Notes under the pieces: generated by a model
Seen by the model: only the letters and a program-made list of their open reading frames with translations
Told to the model about the DNA's origin: nothing
Databases searched by the model: none
Made by a program: the position numbers and the translations under genes
Shown here: piece by piece, positions 53,651 through 64,000 of the stretch
How positions within the stretch are numbered: the first letter of the stretch is position 1
Layout: every line of letters starts with the position of its first letter
NCBI GenBank assembly: GCA_026026165.1
Contig: JAPEUD010000048.1
Span: 124,001 to 188,000, forward strand
DNA from: Sarea resinae
Lineage: Eukaryota
Direction: 5' to 3'
DNA: 64,000 bases

Positions 53651-55078
53651 CTACTTCTGGTTCTCGGGTCGGAGGGAGCTGTTCATCCGTTAGTATCCAC
53701 ACAGCCAGCCACGTAGAGCGGGGAGACTTACCGGACGGCCTTGCCGGCCCTCCAGATCTCGAGATCCCGAATCTCTTGCATCTCCTTCTCGTACTTCTCA
53801 CGGTAGTCCTTTTGCGAGTTGAACTCGAGCGATCTCTTCGTCTCGCTGCCATCCTTCACGGAGTCGTACAGGTCGTTGAAGACGGGCTTGAGGGTATCCT
53901 TGAACCGACTGCTCCAGTCGATAGCTCCACGTCGGGCAGTGGTCGAGCATGCAGCGTACATCCAGTCCATGCCATTCGCACCGATGAGCGGGTACAGACT
54001 CTGGGTAGCTTCCTCGACGGTCTCGTTGAAGGCTTCGCTAGGGCTGTGACCCCGTTCTCGGAGCACCTCGTACTGTGCCAAGAACATGCCGTGAATGCCA
54101 CCCATCAAGCAGCCTCGCTCACCATAGAGATCCGAGTAGACCTCCTTTTCAAAGGTAGTCTTGTAGAGGTAGCCACTGCCGACAGCCACACCAAGGGCGA
54201 CCGCTTTCTCTTCGGCCTTGCCAGTCACATCCTGGAAGACGGCAATGGAAGAGTTGATACCACGGCCCTCACGGAAGAGAGATCGGACGGTGCGGCCTGA
54301 ACCCTTGGGAGCGACCAAGATGACGTCGATGTCTTTGGGAACATCCACCTTGGTGAGATCCTTGAAGACGGGCGAGAAACCATGGGAGAAGTAAAGAGTC
54401 TGGTGCTCGATCAGCGAAGCCCTTTTCAATCATCGCTCACGTCAATTACCTTTCCCTTGGTCAATTGGGGCTTGATCGCCGGCCAGGTCTCGCTCTGGGC
54501 AGCATCACTGAGGAGGTTCATGACGATGGTACTCTTGGAGATAGCTTCGTCGATGTCGAAAAGGTTCGTTCCTGGGACCCAGCCATCCTGCTGGGCCTCC
54601 TTCCAGGAAGCGCCGTTCTTTCGAACACCGATGATGACATTCAATCCGTTGTCGCGGAGGTTGAGACCCTGGCCGTGGCCTTGCGAGCCGTAGCCGATGA
54701 GAGCGAGAGTGTCATTCTTGAAGTAGTCCTGCTAGCAGTCAGAATCGCCGTTGACGTCAAAGGAAGAGCTGACTCCTTACCAGAAGCTTCTCTCTCGGCC
54801 AGTCCTCACGCTCTGCACGAATCAGCATCAGTCTCGATGAGTCCTCGATGACCAGCAGGACACATACCGTAGACGGTCTCCTTGGTTCCGGCAAAGTCAA
54901 TGGTCTTGATACCACGGACCTGCTGAGCTGGGCCGGCCACAGCAGCGCGTGACGAGGCCACTGCACCAGCTCGGATGCCCCCAAGAGCGGCAACGAAGGT
55001 GCGACGTTGAGCAATGGGCGAGCTCAGCTGCCGGGTCAATGAAGAGCGCAGAGCTCTGGGAAGTCCTCTTGATGCCAT
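53651..55078 (-). CDS. ILV5: Mitochondrial ketol-acid reductoisomerase, 5 exons
   Basis: MASRGLPRALR presequence, IKTIDFAGTKETVY|EREDWPREKLL|...LIGYGSQGHGQGLNLRDNG, YFSHGFS, VAPKGSG, SDLYGERGCLMG, ACSTTARRGA, ...AGKAVR|SLRPENQK*. Confidence 0.97.
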
Positions 55079-55775
55079 GATGGGATGTGTGGAGGTATAT
55101 GGATAGTATAGGAAGAGAGAGGATGGATGACTGCGAGAAGAAAGTGGACTTATATCGAGTGTCACTTGGTCACAGCTTGCTCCGATGATCCTGATGAGTC
55201 GAATAATATGGGATGAATAATTTTCGCTAAGACGGATTCGTGGGAGCTTCAATGCCGACTTCGGCCGCGTGCGCTTTGTTACGAGAAAATCCCCTGCCCA
55301 GGACGTATCCCAGCCAACTCGTAGCGAGCCACCCAACATCTCCCCTTCAAGCAGTCAAGAGAGCCATTATGCTCATACCATACCGAGGACTGAGCACTTT
55401 CCTCGGGGGTGTGACTGGCGCACGATGATGAGTTGTATCCTGCGTACAGACCATGTTTACACGATCGAGGTAGGTATGACTGAATTGACGCATACCCGCT
55501 GCCAGATGCGTGCATCCTAGGCCTGGCAACGGTCCACAGCACTGTCTAGTACTATCTAAGCCTGGAAAATGCAGAATTGACCTTATATGATCAAGACGAC
55601 GCAATCGATGCTGACCCAGCCGGCAGACATCGCTCTCTACCGGCCTCGAAGACGCCTGGAAATATCACTTGCGCCTCATGATTCGTAATGTTCCCATGAT
55701 GGGTATCTTGAATGCCTGTTCACATCTCCCCCTAGCCAGACCAAAAGGCTCTCTTCACCATTTGGAGACGTAAAC

Positions 55776-56577
55776 TCAATCTTTGTACACTCTCTCATAA
55801 TGCTCGCCCTTGACCGCTCCTCCTGCCATAGCTGACCGAACATTCCGCTTAAACCCTTCCCGGTTCAATCGCAGGTCTTCCGCAGCCTCCTTGTTCAACG
55901 GGTCTGAAGCATTCGGCTCGAGGAATAGGAACTGGTATACCTGTCAGCTTCCGTCGGCCCCCAAGACTGTAGTTCTCCGCGAAAAGGTAAACTCTTTGGA
56001 CACATACCTGTAGGCCAACAATAACCGCATTCAAGTTCAAGACGGGCTTCCAGTCCTCTCTCAAGATGTTCAGACACACGTTTCCCTCCAGATCGATATT
56101 CGGATGGTAGATCTTCTGCGTGCACTTCACCTTTGGCGGATCGTGGGGGAAGTTCTGGTTGATGGCGAAATTGAAGTGAAAAGAGCCGTCTTTGTACATG
56201 CCTTCGTCGGGTTCGATCTTGAGTTTGAAGTTGAGGATGTCATCTGGATTTGGAAATTCCGTCGTCATTGTAGAGCCCAGCGAGAGTTCGGAAAGGTCTA
56301 TGGAGTCATGGCTAGTGTTAGCCAGCGTGATTCAGACACAACGCTGATCACTAGGAGGCATAGCAGCGTGAGTTGACCGACCTTTCTGCACTCGCAGCTG
56401 CGCAGCCGTGACCTTCTTTTTCTTCTTCTCCGCAGGGCTGGCGGCGTTCGCCTCCTGCTGCTGCTTTTGCTTCTGTACGAACCCGTCAGCATGCTGATCC
56501 CAGTCGCCGATACGGATATCAAGATTTGGCAGGGAGGTGTGCAGGAGACAACTTACCATAGACCATATTTTCAACAT
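55776..56577 (-). CDS. UBC12: NEDD8-conjugating enzyme Ubc12, 4 exons
   Basis: MLKIWSM|KQKQQQ...[19 protein letters not shown]...[25 protein letters not shown]...[21 protein letters not shown]...ERVYKD*. Confidence 0.96.
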
Positions 56578-57322
56578 CGTGACCGAAGGATTCTATCAGT
56601 GGATGCTTAATCGTTCTGGGTGCAAATGCTCTGAGATGGATTACAATAGCGTAGGCGGAGAATCGAGAGACGAATCCGGCGATAAGCGACCACGCGGTTA
56701 CTGCGCAGTGATACAACAGCCTTTTTGCTAGAGGGAGTCACTATCTCCGGATGGCATCTAGATATTCACACAGGTAGGCTTAGAGATCGGCTAGAGAGCT
56801 TGCTGTTCGTTCGCTTCGGACAATATTACGGGCAATATGAGGTTGGCAGTTAGTGAGGCTATCTCTACAGCGCACGATGCGCAAGCATGATTGCGGGGTT
56901 GTTTGAACCCCACCAGTCCTTTCGAGAGACCTCAGTGGCGAAATGCGCATACTACGGGCACCACCATCTAACACTCGATCGCGGCATTCCTGACATACAT
57001 GGACGTCAAGAGTATATGCCTTCTCACGTGCACAGGTCGTAGAAATGTTACAACAGCTATGCTTTGTATCCGAAAATCGCTGACCCAGAGTTTTCTCCTA
57101 CTATCAAACACAAACAAAATAATGAAGAGATCAGGAAATAGTGTGAAACAGCTTGCTACAAGCAAGAACGAATATGTGAGTATCCAGCTACTTTAGTAGG
57201 ACTGGTCGTGTACCGGAAAGAGAGACGCCACAAGGTTTTGGGATGGAAGTGGGACGGCAATCGTAGCAAGAATGGCCTTGTCATTCACAGCTCATGCTTT
57301 CTGGCCGGGAAATGTGCCTGCT

Positions 57323-60413
<3,091 letters not shown>

Positions 60414-63400
60414 GCCGATGATATTCTATCACTGGCCAATACCAGAGAGAAGTCAAATACCCAGCGTACTAATTCCGATTAGATGCCCAACATTCAGAGG
60501 TCTGAAGTGACGTGCGATAGATTCTGAAAGGCTGCAAGGGAACGTGAGGTCTCTGAGAAGGTAAGACGGCCAACTTGGAGGCGAGTTTGTCTTGTGGGCC
60601 CGGGAGAGAATGGCAGGTCGGATTCGAGAATAGCGATTCGGTGATGCAAGGAGAGCAGCCAACGTGTGAGGCTGGTGAATAATGAGGTAGAGACTTATGA
60701 ATAAGGATCGGTCAGTAGGGTTGGATGGAGGAAGCCTTGAAAATATGAAAGACTTGGGAATCTCAAAAAGAGTCGCGGGCGTCAAAGTTGGGAGTAAGGT
60801 AACGGGTAGGTCACCAGCGTTACTGGTCTTCAGGTTCGTACTATGTATGAGTAGTCCGTATATGTGGGTGAAAGACGAGTGCCCGTCTCCTAGGAGTTAC
60901 TAGTTGTGTACTAAAGTAAGATCGAGCACGATTCAAGGGTCTCTTGGGGTCACTTCTCGGTCACTTAGGTAGAGTACACATCGCCCACTCACAGGCCGAC
61001 GATGCAGATGCTTTCCCTACACGGGAGACTTTTCGTATTCTGGTACTATTGATCTTCGCCTACATACTGCAGTACTAGCAAGTCACTCACTTTGATCCGT
61101 GACAACACTGCCAACATGTCCGGAAAGGGGGCCAATCCGAGACTCTGTCGACTTGGCTGAGGCTGAGGCGGCCAGGGTTCGATAGAGACCGCTTCATCTT
61201 TGGATTGGCCGGCAATGACATTGAATGCCGTGCCATGCCATGCCATGCCATGCACGCTGCCTCGAAATAAAACATAGGGGCTCTACGAGCATCAGGACTC
61301 CCACGTCCCCTTTTCCCATTCGGAATAATAGAGGCGGGATGCTGGGAAAATGGTCACAGAAGACGTGCGTTCTTGAACCCTTCTGGGCTCGAGGTACATC
61401 AAGTAGTTGTCTGAAGCGACATGAAACACTGCCTGGACTTCTGACGAGGTACATGGCGTTACCACGGGCGATCCTGGAGAGCAGGCTCACATGATTTCAC
61501 CCTTCGATACATTCACACATCCCCGGGCCTTCAAGAGACGGCTGGGGGCTGAGATGCATCTGCTTCTCTGTCCCGAGCACAGAGGCACGTCCCGTACAAC
61601 GCTGACGTGCCCCTTTGTTCTCCGGGTAATTCCACTGTTTTCCCCAGAATACGGCGCGAAAGTGGCGTTGCGATAGAATTTGATCCATGGGAGGCTTTTG
61701 GCCCAACGACATTGGGAATGGGGTGGCCCAAAATAGCTCGTCGTCTCGCTTTTTCTGGGGCTGTGCAACGGATTCTCGCTTGTGATTCGGAGTCGCAGCG
61801 CTGGCGTCACGCTCCTCAAAGCTTCGAAGGCATGTGGATTACCGCATCAATGGCAACTCTGGCAACAAAGCTGCATTTTGGTTTGATCGCCAATTGTAGT
61901 GCTGATATGAAGTATTGCTCCAAAGCACTATTCCTAACGTCTTTCCTAAATGGAACAGACGTGACGCAGGAGATGCATCACTGATTTACCAGCCTTACCT
62001 CCGTCGCGAAGCAAACAAAGGATCTTGTGTTCTGTTGTAGGGCCATTTCAAGCAAACTTCGAGGTTTGATGCCATATTGCTTCCATAGTCGCCATTCATT
62101 GATTAGGCTGTGAGGTCGGCGCCTTCTCCTGTCCACACTGATCAGAGGCCTAGGCGGCACCATGCCGCTACTGCCAATGTGAATATCTTTGATGCTTCAA
62201 GCCTTGGCGATGACAATGCATGCGGTAGCTCACCTACAAAGGTCATCACGAACTCCGCAGCAATAGTCCGGGAAGTCTGCAGCATTTGAGAGCTCTGAAG
62301 CAGGCGTCGAGAATCAAATGCGACCTCCGAGCATATTGACAACCGATTCCGATGAAGGATCAATATCGAACCATCGAAAGTCTTTGCAGAGAACCAGATA
62401 TATGAATTTCCGCAGTAAGCAGACAGACGGAAGGGCGTTTACCAGGGATATCTTGGTTTGACTTCCTTTCTTCCACTTCAGTCACTGTTGTTCCTCAAGG
62501 TCGGAAGAAGTAGAAGCAAACAGTTGAAAGTGGTGCGATTATTGACCGAACCAAGTACCGTATGAAGAGCCATCTGATCAAACTTATCAGATTCGTCAGT
62601 CCTGTATGTGGCGGTTATAATTTCCAAAATGCCATCAATGCCATCACGTCCGACTAGAAACCCTAAAGGTCTAACTAAGATTGGGACACTGAGGCCGAGA
62701 GGAGTATTCATGACCAGAAGTCATGCATTTTAGCCCTGGTCAAAAGCAATACGAGTCAAAGAAGAGTGAGGAGTCTTCAAGCGATTTACTCATAGAGTAG
62801 CCTATGATCACTCAGCGGACTCCAGCAACTTCATCTATCCGTGCCTTTGAATCGACTGCCGTGGTGGAGAGGAGACTCCCGGCTGAAACAGATGGTCTAC
62901 CCCAGATTGGAAGGTAGTATTCGGAAGTCCTTCTACCTCTCTGGAGGGGCGTGGTGCTGCATCGAAAGGAGTACCTGTACCCTCTTCGTTTCTCGTGGTA
63001 CCTACTGCCCTCACTGAGCAGACGCTGGCTGGACCCTGACGACCCACACGGGCTGTCAGCGCATTTCTCGTGGCTCTTGGTACCTCGGTCGACCAATGAC
63101 AGAGGCTCAAGGGGCCTGGTTCCTGACCGGGAGGGCATTAGGTGATTTGGCCATCAGGTACCTTGGGCAAGGTACCTACTAGCAGGTCAGGGCATTCTTG
63201 GTCGATGCTGGATTCGGTCAGTCGTCGTCGCAATCAATACTCTAAGGCACAAGGTACCCTGCTACTCCGTAGAACCCGCAAGGCTTCCAGCTTCCTTCCT
63301 GTCGTTCCTCTCTTGCCCCTCTCTGCTTCGTCTGCATTTTGCATTCCTGCAGCTTCTATCAATACCGACTCAGGGAGCACCGCACACTTCGACCTCTGCC

Positions 63401-64000
63401 TCTGCCTCTGTCTCCGCCAGCTCTCTGTACTACACACCCGACGTTCTACCTTGCTTTCTCTCCCCACACTCGACCAAGAGGGAGGCCGCAGACAGCCGTC
63501 CCTGTTGCTTGGAACCACGAATACTGAGCGATCTTTATTCCAGACCACAGAGATCATGATCGTTCGAGATAGGAAATACTGTAAGAAACCAAATGGGATC
63601 CTTGGACGATCGTACCTGTAGTATCATTGCAAGCGGTGATACGTAGCATTCATAGGGGAAGATGATTCCCTATTCAATAACAATCGACGGACGATCCGTT
63701 CAATCCTTGTCGAGGAACCTCCTATCCCAATCTCATCGTAGCGACGACTGGAGGGATGGATTCGTACTGCGCAGTAATTAAACTTGGTACGGTAGCGACC
63801 AGCCGGCACTACAATGAGTAGGTACGCAGTGCTATCAATTGTCCATCCAGCGCCCGAACCAACAGGGCTGCTCCTCGCTTCGCCCAGCTCCACCCGTCCT
63901 CTGTCCCCCATCCCGTCCAGTCCACCACGCCCCCCAATCCCAATCCTGAGTCCTCAAGGGCATCCATCTCACGAACAGTCACTTCAATCGACAGCAGTCC

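Overview
Eukaryotic DNA from a filamentous ascomycete (Pezizomycotina), judged from short spliceosomal introns with CTRAC branch sites and a class III chitin synthase. About 19 protein-coding genes, mostly housekeeping: a TPMT-family thiol/halide methyltransferase, RPC1, a large CorA-like-domain protein, MAD2, GUF1, a GGCT/AIG2-like protein, a PMU1-like histidine phosphatase, eIF3i, C1-THF synthase, NADP-IDH, MBF1, a DUF1365 protein, a conserved hypothetical, mL58/MRPL20, DUG1, a serine racemase/SRY1-like enzyme, ILV5, UBC12 and chitin synthase. Gene models were spliced by eye, so exon boundaries are predictions. I saw no transposase, tRNA, rRNA or CRISPR array, and I cannot support a clearly new multi-gene system. 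The best leads are: (i) a hidden mitochondrial presequence exon upstream of C1-THF synthase, with in-frame presequences also on DUG1 and IDP1; (ii) a ~230-nt G-U-rich fold-back between two convergent genes that may be a structured ncRNA; (iii) a methyltransferase with altered active-site motif residues; (iv) a lone DUF1365 gene; (v) microsatellite-saturated spacers beside GC3-rich genes; (vi) a recurring TACGGAGTA intergenic motif.
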